Assembly: GCA_965277805.1 (NCBI GenBank)
Contig: OZ255842.1
Coordinates: 1,952,001 to 2,016,000 of the forward strand
Direction: 5' to 3'
DNA from: Candidatus Lustribacter sp.
Lineage (GTDB): Bacteria; Vulcanimicrobiota; Vulcanimicrobiia; Vulcanimicrobiales; Vulcanimicrobiaceae
Length of the DNA stretch: 64,000 nt
Shown: piece by piece, positions 29,375 to 38,616 of the stretch
How the letters are laid out: each line of letters opens with the position of its first letter
Position numbering within the stretch: position 1 is the first letter of the stretch
Made by a program: the position numbers and the translations under genes
The notes under the pieces: generated by a model
Told to the model about the DNA's origin: nothing
Database searches by the model: none
What the model saw: the letters and a program-made list of their open reading frames with translations, nothing else

Positions 29375-30337
29375 CTACGTCCTCGCGATGAGCGTGTTGT
29401 TGAGGCGTCCCCGCAGGTAATCACCGGCAAGAACCGGTTCGAACAGCGGCCGTTCGCTGCCCCTGGCGCCGGGAAGACAGGCGACCTCCGTCTCGTTGTC
29501 GGGCTCGCAGAAAAACGCGATGGAGTAGCGCGACTTCCCGACGCGCGCGTCGGAAGGCACCGCGACGCGGTGTTGCGTCGAGCGAAATTCGAGGTTCGTC
29601 CACTGTTGCATCAGGTCGCCGATGTTAACCAGCATCGTGCTCGGAATCGACGGTGCCGAGAGCCAACGGCCGTCGGCCGCCATTACCTCGAGTCCACCGC
29701 TCGGATCCTGAAAGAGCAGGGTCATTGTCCCGAAGTCCGTATGCGAGCCGACCCGCATCTGGCCGTCCAATGGGCTGCGGGCGACCGGCGGATAGTGCAG
29801 CAAACGCAGCGTGCTGTTCGTGCCATGGCGGGAAACGAAATGGCTCTCCGGTAACCCGAAGCCGAGCGCGAAGGCGCGTAAGATTTCCGCGGCAACCGCC
29901 GCGCATCGTTCATGAAATGCCGCGAACGCATCGACTGATGCCCGGACCTCCTCGGGAAGTTCGTTATTGTTAGCCGCGGCCGGGAACGCCGCGCCGATGT
30001 AGCCGCCGTCCTGAAAGATGTCGAACGCCTCCTTGATGTCGCTCGGCTTCTTTGCATCTTCGTGCTCGCGCCCTTGCGGGACGTAGCCGCACTTGAAGCC
30101 GGCCTTCACACGATGCGCCTCGATCAGCGGTTCTTTAAGAGCGCTCGGCAAGGCAAAGAACGCCGCCGATTGCGCGAAGACGTCGTCGACCGCAGCCTGC
30201 GCGATACCCGCACCGGAGAGGTAGATGAAGCCCAGCGTCGCGCTGATTTCGCGAATCCGCCGCGCGATCGCATTTCGCTCGGCGGGCGCAGCGCTATAGA
30301 ATCCGGCGAAGTCGACGACCGGAATTTCGGTGTCCAT
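29375..30337 (-). CDS. IPNS-family Fe(II)/2OG dioxygenase (type B)
   Basis: IPVVDF, DIKEAFD, LRLLHYP, HTD, NIGD, TQHRV, RYS. Confidence 0.9.
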   Translation of the reverse strand: MDTEIPVVDFAGFYSAAPAERNAIARRIREISATLGFIYLSGAGIAQAAVDDVFAQSAAFFALPSALKEPLIEAHRVKAGFKCGYVPQGREHEDAKKPSDIKEAFDIFQDGGYIGAAFPAAANNNELPEEVRASVDAFAAFHERCAAVAAEILRAFALGFGLPESHFVSRHGTNSTLRLLHYPPVARSPLDGQMRVGSHTDFGTMTLLFQDPSGGLEVMAADGRWLSAPSIPSTMLVNIGDLMQQWTNLEFRSTQHRVAVPSDARVGKSRYSIAFFCEPDNETEVACLPGARGSERPLFEPVLAGDYLRGRLNNTLIART

Positions 30338-30338
30338 G

Positions 30339-33137
30339 CTAGCGGCCGACGTGAAATCGGAGCTGCATGCGAACGGTTCGCGGTGGTGTCGGCAGCAGGG
30401 TCGACGTTCCCGTCGTCAGGCCGGTGGCCGAACCCTCGACGAGTGGAACGCCCTGATAGGAGTAGGGCAGGTTGTAGAAGTTGTTCGTGTTGAGAAGGTT
30501 CTCGATTGCAACTTGAAGCTCGACCGAACGCGTGAGCGGCTGGCGCAGGGTTAGGTCGACCTGCGCAAGCGGCGGCTGATAGTAGGAGTTGTTTTTGCCT
30601 TCGTAATCGACGCCCAATGCAGCGTAGCCGCCGCCTTTCCAGGTGTAGGTCAGTTGACCATACCCCTTCAGATACGGGATGCAGATCGGGGTGTTAGGAC
30701 CCTCGATGCTCGTGCCGCATACCTGCACCCCGTTAGCAGGCGCCGATGGGCCGCCCGCATACACGGAGGCCGGTATCTGCGAGAGGTACGCGCGCTCGGC
30801 CGCGAGCGCGATGTTGTAGCCCAAGCCGGTGCGGGGAGCGTAGGCGTACTTGAGCGTCGCGAGTTGCATCAGCATCTGCGCGACGTTGATCGTTTCGTCG
30901 ATCGTCTCACCGGCCTGCATTGCCGGGAAGCTCAAAGGTTCGAACACATCGTGAATGATCGTATTCTGCAGGTCGATGGAGAGAACGGATCCGTTGTGAA
31001 ATCGCTTGTCGACGCCCGCATCGAAAGCGATGCTGCGCTCGGGAGCGAGAAACGGATTCTTCTCGATTAACAAGCTTTGATAGTTCGTGCCGGCGGCCGG
31101 CGGAAGGTACGAAGGTAATCCGCTCACTTGACCGGCGTACGGAAACGTTTCCGAGGTTCCGTAAGCGAACCGGTACGACACATCGGCGGTCGGACGGTAC
31201 GCGAAGGCGACGTGCGGATCGAAACGCGCGACGGTCCGATCCAGCGGGGCGAGGTTTGCGGTTTGGGTCGCTTGGTCGATGACGGTCTGGAAGCCGCCGA
31301 GCTTCCAGTCGGTGTTATACAGGCCGAAATTGATCGTCAGATTATGGGTCGGATGCAACTCGCCGGTCAACGAGAGCGTGGAGTAACGTATCGTCGTGTC
31401 CGGAACGGTCACATTGGCCGGTCCGCTGATATAGGCGAACGTATTGGTGGCGTGAGTGTCATAGGTGATCGTCAGGGAGCTATCGCCCATCGGGTGGATG
31501 AGCGATAACGTCCCGCCGTAAAGGTTGTCCGTTTCAAAGCTCACGTACGGTGGCTGAAAGCACTCCTCTTGTCCGTTCACAACGGCAACGGTATTACCGG
31601 GGCTATTGATTTGATAGTACGCGCTGGGATTGAAGCCGACCCCGCAATACTGTTCGAACGCGTTGCCGCCACCCGGCAGGCTCGTGCCGCCGTTCGGGAT
31701 CGGCGTGCCGGGCGCAATCGACGGCACCGTCCCGGGCGGCGAAAAGAACTGCGGGTAGGCCCCTTCGCCGCCGCCGTCGATCTGGCCGGGCCGAATCGTT
31801 CCTGCGTAGGGCCGAACGAGCAACGTGTTGTTGCCGAACGTCGTGCGCAGTTGCCCGTCGAAAATGGGCTGGTCGTTATAGACCGCGACGCCCGGATACC
31901 AAGCGTACGATGGAATCGCCTTTCCAACCAGCGAGTTATACGCCGGATTGTTACACTCGAGCGGCGCCGACGGCAGACAGGCAACGACCGTCGTGATGCC
32001 CTGATAGAGCCCGTACGACACGCCCTGCGGCACGTAACCGCCTTGGGTGCCGACGAAGCCGACCTCGAACGACGTCGCATCGGAGAAGTCGTATTTCAGC
32101 TTCAAGATCTCGCCGCGATTGAAAAACGACGCGCTCGTATCGCCGCAGAATTGAATGATCCCGACCGACGCAGGTGTGTTTATGGCGGACGGGTTGTCGG
32201 GCAGAACAGCGCATTGGTTGCCATGAAAATAGGGTCCGTTGTTGCTGCCATACCCGAGGCCGAGGACGTACGAGGCTTTGCCCGCCGACCCGGTCGTAAG
32301 CAAATTCGAATACTGCGAGCCGTAGTTGTCCGTGCCGACGACGAGTTCGGCCGTCGGCTTCTTCGTGTAACCGGGGGTGATGAGATTCACCGTACCGGAG
32401 ACGGCCAGGTTCGCAAACGGGGTCGTGTTGCCCGGGCCGGACTGCGCCTCCGCGCCGCCGACGAGATAGGACGGAAAATACTCGCTCAGCCAGACGCCAT
32501 ATTGTCCGAGTGCAACCGGATGACCGTCGATCAGCGTTTGCGTTTCGTATGGCTGAGCACCGCCGACAACGATCGCGGTGTCCGGTTCGCCGCTCGTCCG
32601 GGCAATGGTCACGTTCGGCAAATGCTGCAAGACATTGTTGATCTCGGGATTGGCAAAACTACGGAAGGCCGCGCCGGGAAGGTAACTGAGCGTCGACGTG
32701 CCGACGTTGATCGCGCCGCTACCGCCTTGCGAGCTGGACGTGACGCTGCCGATCGTGCGCAGCGAGGAGAGATCGGCTTGCGTCATCGTCACCGTCAGCG
32801 GCAGCGTCTGCCCGGCGACCACAGCAAGGGTGTTCAGCGAGACCGGTTGGTAACCGCTCTTCGCAACGGTCAGCTGGTAGAGGCCGGGCCCCAGCGTTAG
32901 GATGAACGTACCGCTCGCATCGGTGCTTGTACTCGCTTGCTGTGGCCCCGAGACGGAGACCGTCGCACCGGCGACCGCGTCGCCCGCCGGCGTTCTCACG
33001 GTGCCCCCGATGCCGGCCGCCGTCGCTTGTGCTCCGGCCGGCAATGGAGGAATGCACAGCGAGAACATGACGAGCAGCGCGAGCACCCGCAGACTGAGCT
33101 GCTGAGGGTTTCGAGTACGTGCAGCGGTCGAAATCAT
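30339..33137 (-). CDS. TonB-dependent receptor with N-terminal carboxypeptidase-regulatory-like domain
   Basis: ATG 33137 with GGAG, signal peptide, IGGTVRTPAGDAVAGATV, LIDGHP, GTVNLIT, NPFLAPERS and a beta-barrel. Confidence 0.85.
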   Translation of the reverse strand: MISTAARTRNPQQLSLRVLALLVMFSLCIPPLPAGAQATAAGIGGTVRTPAGDAVAGATVSVSGPQQASTSTDASGTFILTLGPGLYQLTVAKSGYQPVSLNTLAVVAGQTLPLTVTMTQADLSSLRTIGSVTSSSQGGSGAINVGTSTLSYLPGAAFRSFANPEINNVLQHLPNVTIARTSGEPDTAIVVGGAQPYETQTLIDGHPVALGQYGVWLSEYFPSYLVGGAEAQSGPGNTTPFANLAVSGTVNLITPGYTKKPTAELVVGTDNYGSQYSNLLTTGSAGKASYVLGLGYGSNNGPYFHGNQCAVLPDNPSAINTPASVGIIQFCGDTSASFFNRGEILKLKYDFSDATSFEVGFVGTQGGYVPQGVSYGLYQGITTVVACLPSAPLECNNPAYNSLVGKAIPSYAWYPGVAVYNDQPIFDGQLRTTFGNNTLLVRPYAGTIRPGQIDGGGEGAYPQFFSPPGTVPSIAPGTPIPNGGTSLPGGGNAFEQYCGVGFNPSAYYQINSPGNTVAVVNGQEECFQPPYVSFETDNLYGGTLSLIHPMGDSSLTITYDTHATNTFAYISGPANVTVPDTTIRYSTLSLTGELHPTHNLTINFGLYNTDWKLGGFQTVIDQATQTANLAPLDRTVARFDPHVAFAYRPTADVSYRFAYGTSETFPYAGQVSGLPSYLPPAAGTNYQSLLIEKNPFLAPERSIAFDAGVDKRFHNGSVLSIDLQNTIIHDVFEPLSFPAMQAGETIDETINVAQMLMQLATLKYAYAPRTGLGYNIALAAERAYLSQIPASVYAGGPSAPANGVQVCGTSIEGPNTPICIPYLKGYGQLTYTWKGGGYAALGVDYEGKNNSYYQPPLAQVDLTLRQPLTRSVELQVAIENLLNTNNFYNLPYSYQGVPLVEGSATGLTTGTSTLLPTPPRTVRMQLRFHVGR

Positions 33138-33243
33138 AGTCCAACTCCACGAGCATTCAGAGACAATGGAGAACTGACCGGAACGCAAGAGCGCGTTTCA
33201 GTTCACCCGCTTCGACCGTACCATACCGGAAAGAGGCGCCGCA

Positions 33244-33290
33244 TAGACAGATGTCTAGCGGAATCTGACCTGCATACACTCGGAATGTCT
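33244..33290. promoter_or_regulatory. Palindrome TAGACA-GA-TGTCTA plus CGGAATGTCT element, candidate GntR operator
   Basis: Palindrome at 33244-33257. CGGAATGTCT at 33281-33290 is also present at 27107-27116 in the SBP/dioxygenase promoter region. Confidence 0.4.
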
Positions 33291-33292
33291 TG

Positions 33293-33324
33293 AAAGAAAA
33301 CAAACGCGGCGAACCCTCGCGGCG
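33293..33324 (-). terminator. Probable intrinsic terminator after the permease gene
   Basis: Minus strand CGCCGCGA-GGGT-TCGCCGCG (one mismatch) followed by TTTGTTTTCTTT. Confidence 0.5.
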
Positions 33325-33328
33325 ATTC

Positions 33329-34675
33329 TCATTTGCGTGACTCGTACGCTACGGCTGCCGAAGCGGTGCGGGGCATGTGCCAGGCCAGATAGAGCCCGGC
33401 CGCTGCGAAAAACCCGACGAGATAGCCGATGTCGGTATTGCCGAGTAGTCTTGCAATCGGGCCGGTGTAGACCGAAGTCGAGGAGAACAACGCGATCGTC
33501 AACGCCGTAACGATCACGAAGATGGTCGCGCCGCTGCCCCAACCGCGCACGTAGGTACCTTCGCCGCGGCGGAGCCACCAATCGGCGAGCACGATTGCAA
33601 CCCACGGTGAGATCCAATATACGAGCAGCACCAGGTAGTTTGAGTACAGGCTCGCAAACTGACCCGCCCCAGCGACCGCGAGCAAATAGCCGAGACCTGC
33701 GGTGACGATGGCCGAAATCCAGCGCGGCAGTTTTACGCCGGCCGACATGAGGCTGTAGGCGGCTGTGTTGTCGTTCTGCGAGTTCACCGCGACCGAGGAA
33801 ATCGCCACCGCGAAGAGTCCGATCGGCGCAAAGCCGCCCATGAGGATCGTTATGCTTTTGATCAATGCGGTCGGCGAGGTGTCGGGAATCCGGCTCGCCG
33901 TTAGAAACCCGCACAGCTCGATTGCCGTGCCGGAAGCGAACATCCCCAGAAACGCAAGGGCGAAGATGGTCCGTGACGGCGTAGTTTTCGGTAGATAGCG
34001 CGTGTAATCGGCCGCGTAGGGTGCCCAGCCGATGTTATAGCTTCCGATCAGCGATAAGGCGAGCAGAAACGCGGCGAAGGTTACCGGTTGCGCCGGCGCT
34101 GCGATGCTGCCGCCCCTGGCGACGGCCATGGCGCCGACGATCCCAAAAACGACCAGCAGCGTATACCCGAGGTATTTCTGCAACAACTGCACGACGTCGT
34201 GTCCGTAGATACTGGCGATCAGCTGGAGCAACGCGAGAAGCGCAAGTGCGGCCCAAAATGGGGCCGAGAAGCCGGTCAGCGCCACGAGCGCGACCAGGGC
34301 GATCGTCGAGGGAACATTGTTCACCGCGTCCCAGCCGACGCAGCACAGCCAGTTGATAAACGATGGAAGGCGCGTTCCGGCTTGGCCGAAAGCGAAGCGC
34401 GAGTCTTCCATCTGCGTGAGCCCCGTCTTGGGGCCCATGACGGCACAGAACGCGACCGGTAGCGAGCCGAGCAAATTTCCGATGACGATCGCTGCCAGGC
34501 CCCACCAGAAACCGAGCCCGAGCGCCGCCGCCAGAACCCCGATCACCCAGCCCGATGCCCCGAGATTACGAGAAAAGTGACTCCAAAACACATGCTCGAG
34601 CGGCATCGTTTGCTGGTCTTCACTTACCGCATGCTCGACGACCGCGGTCCCGCTGCTCTCTACCCGGAGCTTCAT
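33329..34675 (-). CDS. Purine-cytosine permease (NCS1 family)
   Basis: About 12 TM segments, MGPKTGLTQM..SRFAFG, GWDAVN, GWAPYAADYTRYLP, WISPW. Confidence 0.88.
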   Translation of the reverse strand: MKLRVESSGTAVVEHAVSEDQQTMPLEHVFWSHFSRNLGASGWVIGVLAAALGLGFWWGLAAIVIGNLLGSLPVAFCAVMGPKTGLTQMEDSRFAFGQAGTRLPSFINWLCCVGWDAVNNVPSTIALVALVALTGFSAPFWAALALLALLQLIASIYGHDVVQLLQKYLGYTLLVVFGIVGAMAVARGGSIAAPAQPVTFAAFLLALSLIGSYNIGWAPYAADYTRYLPKTTPSRTIFALAFLGMFASGTAIELCGFLTASRIPDTSPTALIKSITILMGGFAPIGLFAVAISSVAVNSQNDNTAAYSLMSAGVKLPRWISAIVTAGLGYLLAVAGAGQFASLYSNYLVLLVYWISPWVAIVLADWWLRRGEGTYVRGWGSGATIFVIVTALTIALFSSTSVYTGPIARLLGNTDIGYLVGFFAAAGLYLAWHMPRTASAAVAYESRK

Positions 34676-34682
34676 TGCGGCG

Positions 34683-35645
34683 TCACGCCTTTTCAGCGTG
34701 AGCAACGGGGTGATAAGTCTCTCCCAAGCGGCGCTCGAGATACTCGGCATAGGTGATCGCCGCGTATTTCGGCGGCAGCTCCGGCGTGCTGCACTGCGGC
34801 ATGCATTCGATCAGCGCGTCACCGTTCGGGTCGCCGAAGAATGCGACCGAATAGCGCTCGCGCGCGGACGTGTTGACGACGCGGTGCGGCGTCGATACGT
34901 AAACGTCGTTGGTCCAGCGCATCAGCGAATCGCCGATGTTGCATACGAAGGCCCCGGGCATCGGCGCAACCGAGATCCACCGGCCGTCACGTCCTTGAAC
35001 CTCGAGACCACCCACGTCATCCTGCATCAGCGCCGTAATGTTGCCGTAATCCGTATGCGGCGCCGCACCGTAAAGGACGTCGTCGAACGCGACGGGGTGC
35101 GGCGGGTAGTGCAGCAGGCGCAGCACGCCGAGCGTGCGATCGAGCCGCGAATCGAAGAAATCCGAGGGCGCGCCGAGGTCGACGGCAACCGCGCGGTGCA
35201 GGTCGATGCAGAGCGCGTGCTGCGCGGCAAAAAACGCCAGCATCGGCTCGCGAAAAGGCGTCAGTTCGGGCCACAAGTTCAATCCGTGGAATGGCGTACC
35301 CGCGAGCACGTCCGGGTCGTCCGGCGCAAGATCGCGGCCCATGTTATAGGACTCTTTGAGATCGCCGGGCCGGTCCGGGTGCAGTTGCTCGGCACTCATC
35401 CGCGAGTAGCCGTAATAGTGCGGCGAGCGCTCGAACGCGATCGCTTCCTTGACCGCGTCGGGCAGGGCAAAAAAGGCCCGGGTTACGGCGAAGACCTCGT
35501 CACACAAAGGCGCTGGAATCCCGTGATTGACGACCATGAAAAACCCGATCCCCCGCGCTGCCGCGCCGACCTCGCGCGCAACCGTGGCGAGTCCGGTCGC
35601 GCCGGATCGGATCGGGGAGAGGTCGACGACAGGGATCTCGGGCAC
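34683..35645 (-). CDS. IPNS-family Fe(II)/2OG dioxygenase (type A')
   Basis: GTG start with GGAG, IPVVDL, GFFMVVNHG, DLKESYN, HTD, CNIGD, TPHRV, RYS. Confidence 0.9.
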   Translation of the reverse strand: MPEIPVVDLSPIRSGATGLATVAREVGAAARGIGFFMVVNHGIPAPLCDEVFAVTRAFFALPDAVKEAIAFERSPHYYGYSRMSAEQLHPDRPGDLKESYNMGRDLAPDDPDVLAGTPFHGLNLWPELTPFREPMLAFFAAQHALCIDLHRAVAVDLGAPSDFFDSRLDRTLGVLRLLHYPPHPVAFDDVLYGAAPHTDYGNITALMQDDVGGLEVQGRDGRWISVAPMPGAFVCNIGDSLMRWTNDVYVSTPHRVVNTSARERYSVAFFGDPNGDALIECMPQCSTPELPPKYAAITYAEYLERRLGETYHPVAHAEKA

Positions 35646-35821
35646 GCTAAACTCCAAAGGCTGCCTGCAAGCGAGCCGCTTTTCTACGTTAAACCGAGCC
35701 GACGACGAGGGCTTTAGCCATTTGGAAGTATGGACGAGCCTGAAGTACACCGTACTTGTTTGGAAACGATACAATCAGGGCTGCGTTACGCCTTGTCCGG
35801 CCCGCCGTGTGGAGGGCGAGA

Positions 35822-36808
35822 TTGCAAAGGAACCCCGGCACGAATATCCACTCGGACATCCCGATCGTCGACTTCGCGCACTTCAACAGCCAAGATGCGA
35901 AAAAACGCGCGGCCATCGCGGCGCTCATCTGCGGCATCGCGCGTTCGTTGGGCTTCGTGTATCTGCGCGGCATCGCGATCACCCAAGACGAGGTCGATCG
36001 TATGTTCGCACGGATGGCGGCATTCTTCGATCTGCCGATCGCCGCCAAGCGACCTCTGGCACGCGCGCGCCCGGCAGGCGTGACGTTGCGCTGCGGCTAC
36101 GTCCCGCGGGGTCGCGAACACGAAGATTCATCGACCCCGAGCGATATCAAGGAAGCCTTCGATCTCTATCGCAGGGATAGCTATTACCGGGTTGCCTTCG
36201 CGTGCTCGCGCGAGGACGAAGCGCCGTTTACGTCCGAGATTCAACAGCTCGTCGATGATTTCGCCGCTTTTCACCACCGCTGCTCGCTCGTGGCGAACGA
36301 CGTGTTGCGCGCCTTTGCGCTGGACTTCCGGCTGCCCGAATCCTACTTCGTCGAGCGCCACGGACAGAATAACATCCTGCGCCTCCTGCACTACCCGCCG
36401 ATACCGGAGCGGGTACTGACCGGGCAAATGCGCGTCGGATCGCATACCGACTTCGGCAGTCTCACGCTACTTTTCCAAGACCCCAGCGCCGGCCTCGAGG
36501 TGTTGTCGGCGGGTGGGCGTTGGCTGAAGGCGCCGTCGCTTCCGGGCACCGTGCTCATCAACATCGGTGACCTCATGCAGCAGTGGACGAACTGCGGCTT
36601 CCGCTCCACCCCGCACCGCGTCGATGTGCCCAGCGGAGAGGGAGCGCTGCGCTCGCGCTACTCGATTGCCTTCTTCTGTGAGCCGAATAACGAGACCGAA
36701 GTCGCCTGTCTGCCCTCAGTGCAAAGCGCGGGCGATCCGCTCTTCGTGCCGGTGATTGCCGGCGAACACCTCACCGCGCGCCTCGACCGCACCTTGATCG
36801 CTAAGTAG
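35822..36808 (+). CDS. IPNS-family Fe(II)/2OG dioxygenase (type B')
   Basis: TTG 35822 after GGAGG, IPIVDF, DIKEAFD, HTD, NIGD, TPHRV, RYS. Confidence 0.9.
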   Translation: MQRNPGTNIHSDIPIVDFAHFNSQDAKKRAAIAALICGIARSLGFVYLRGIAITQDEVDRMFARMAAFFDLPIAAKRPLARARPAGVTLRCGYVPRGREHEDSSTPSDIKEAFDLYRRDSYYRVAFACSREDEAPFTSEIQQLVDDFAAFHHRCSLVANDVLRAFALDFRLPESYFVERHGQNNILRLLHYPPIPERVLTGQMRVGSHTDFGSLTLLFQDPSAGLEVLSAGGRWLKAPSLPGTVLINIGDLMQQWTNCGFRSTPHRVDVPSGEGALRSRYSIAFFCEPNNETEVACLPSVQSAGDPLFVPVIAGEHLTARLDRTLIAK

Positions 36809-37475
36809 AAGTAAGCTCGGCGAGCAGTTGATCGTGCCCGTGCAGGATATGGCTTCGCATGAGCGCGACGGCGTCCTCAGTCCGTCGCTCGCGCAGTGCG
36901 TCGATCAGCCGCTCGTGTTCGACGGCGAGATCTTCTACCGAGCCCGAGAGCTGGGTCGTCAGCCGGACCGATAGCTGGAATTCGCTCAAAAGCGCCGCGT
37001 ACGCCAATTGCAACGGTAGGTTACGGGCGAGTGCGACGATCAATCGGTGAAAGGCGAGGTCGGCTTGAATGGCGCTGTTGAGTTCTGCCGACTTGGCGCT
37101 TGCGCGGAGCGTCCGCACCGCGGCGAGTAACTGCAGGAAATCCCCCTCTCCCGCGTAGCGCGCGAAGCTACGCACCGCGAGTTCCTCGAGCGCCAGCCGA
37201 AAGTCCACGAGTTGTTGCAGCCGTTCGGCCGCAAGCGGAGCAACGTAGCGGCCGCGATTGGGCTGGCTTATCAGCACGCCCTCCGACTCGAGCCGGCTCA
37301 GCGCTTCCCGAACCGGGCTGCGGCTCACGCCGAGCATGCCCGCGATGTCGACCTCAACAACACGGTCGCCCGGTCGCAAAGCACCGGTCGCGAGTTGCTC
37401 CCGAATCAGTTGCGCGACACGTTCGCTGGTCGAACGTCGCGCAAGCGATGCGTCTGCCCCGGCGCCCTGCTTCAT
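36801..37475 (-). CDS. GntR-family regulator with FCD domain
   Basis: LRPGDRVVE..IA..LGVSRSPVREALSRLE, RLALE, DLAFH, EHERLIDAL, MRSHI. Confidence 0.92.
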   Translation of the reverse strand: MKQGAGADASLARRSTSERVAQLIREQLATGALRPGDRVVEVDIAGMLGVSRSPVREALSRLESEGVLISQPNRGRYVAPLAAERLQQLVDFRLALEELAVRSFARYAGEGDFLQLLAAVRTLRASAKSAELNSAIQADLAFHRLIVALARNLPLQLAYAALLSEFQLSVRLTTQLSGSVEDLAVEHERLIDALRERRTEDAVALMRSHILHGHDQLLAELTST

Positions 37476-37496
37476 GGGCCGCCTTTTCGCCGCCGA

Positions 37497-38600
37497 ATGC
37501 GTTCACCCCACCGGTGGCGAAACCGTTTTGGCTTGCTGTTCGAACCGCTTACCCTGCGGAGCGTCACGCTCCGTAACCGCATCGTCGTCTCGCCGATGTG
37601 CCAATATTCATCCGAAGACGGCTTCGCGACCGACTGGCATCTCGTGCATCTCGGCAGCCGCGCCGTTGGTGGGGCCGGACTCGTGTTCACCGAGGCGGCG
37701 GCGATCGAACCGCGCGGGCGCATCTCGCCGCTCGATCTCGGTATTTGGCTCGACGAGCACGTGCCGATGCTGCAGCGCATCAACACGTTCATCGAAGCCC
37801 AAGGCGCGATTGCCGCGACGCAACTCGCGCATGCGGGACGTAAGGGTTCAGTCGGGCCGCCGTGGACGACGCCGCGCGGCTGGGTGACGCCCGATCAGGG
37901 CGGCTGGGAACCGATTGCGCCGACGGCTGAAAAGGATATGCCGTATTATCCGCTGCCGCACGCGCTCAGCACGGATGAGATTGCGCTGCTCGTGCGGCAG
38001 TTTGCCGATGCAGCGCGGCGTTCGGCTGACGCCGGGTTCAAGATTACCGAGATCCACGCCGCGCACGGATATCTGCTGCACGAGTTCATGTCGCCGCTCA
38101 GCAATCAGCGCGACGACCGCTACGGTGGGTCGTTCGAGAACCGCATCCGGTTTTTGCTCGAAACGACCGATGCGGTGCGTGCGGTGTGGCCCGAGAGCAA
38201 GCCGCTCTTCGTGCGCATTTCTGCCACCGATTGGGATGCCGGCGGCTGGACGATCGAGGATTCCATTACGCTTGCGAAGATTCTCAAGTCGCGCGGCGTC
38301 GACGTGATCGATGTTTCGAGTGCGGGGATCGGGCGCAGTCCGCTCGAGAGCGCGGCACAGGCGCCGCTCTATCAGGTACCGTTTTCGGAACGCATTCGGC
38401 GCGAAGCCGATGTGCTGACCGTCGCGGTCGGATTGATCACGACCGGCACGGAGGCCGAGTCCGTGCTCGAATCCGGCGGCGCCGACCTCGTCGCGTTAGC
38501 GCGCCGTTACCTCGGCGATCCGTACTTCCCCCATCGCGCAGCCACTCAGATCGGTGAGGATCTCCCGTGGCCGCGGCAGTACCGGCGCGCTACGCTCTGA
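37497..38600 (+). CDS. NADH:flavin oxidoreductase (old yellow enzyme, NamA/YqjM type)
   Basis: LRNRIVVSPMCQYS, QLAHAGRK, EIHAAHGYLLHEF, YGGSFENR, WPRQYRR. Start is ATG 37497 or TTG 37533. Confidence 0.9.
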   Translation: MRSPHRWRNRFGLLFEPLTLRSVTLRNRIVVSPMCQYSSEDGFATDWHLVHLGSRAVGGAGLVFTEAAAIEPRGRISPLDLGIWLDEHVPMLQRINTFIEAQGAIAATQLAHAGRKGSVGPPWTTPRGWVTPDQGGWEPIAPTAEKDMPYYPLPHALSTDEIALLVRQFADAARRSADAGFKITEIHAAHGYLLHEFMSPLSNQRDDRYGGSFENRIRFLLETTDAVRAVWPESKPLFVRISATDWDAGGWTIEDSITLAKILKSRGVDVIDVSSAGIGRSPLESAAQAPLYQVPFSERIRREADVLTVAVGLITTGTEAESVLESGGADLVALARRYLGDPYFPHRAATQIGEDLPWPRQYRRATL

Positions 38601-38616
38601 CCCCCACCGCGACTCG

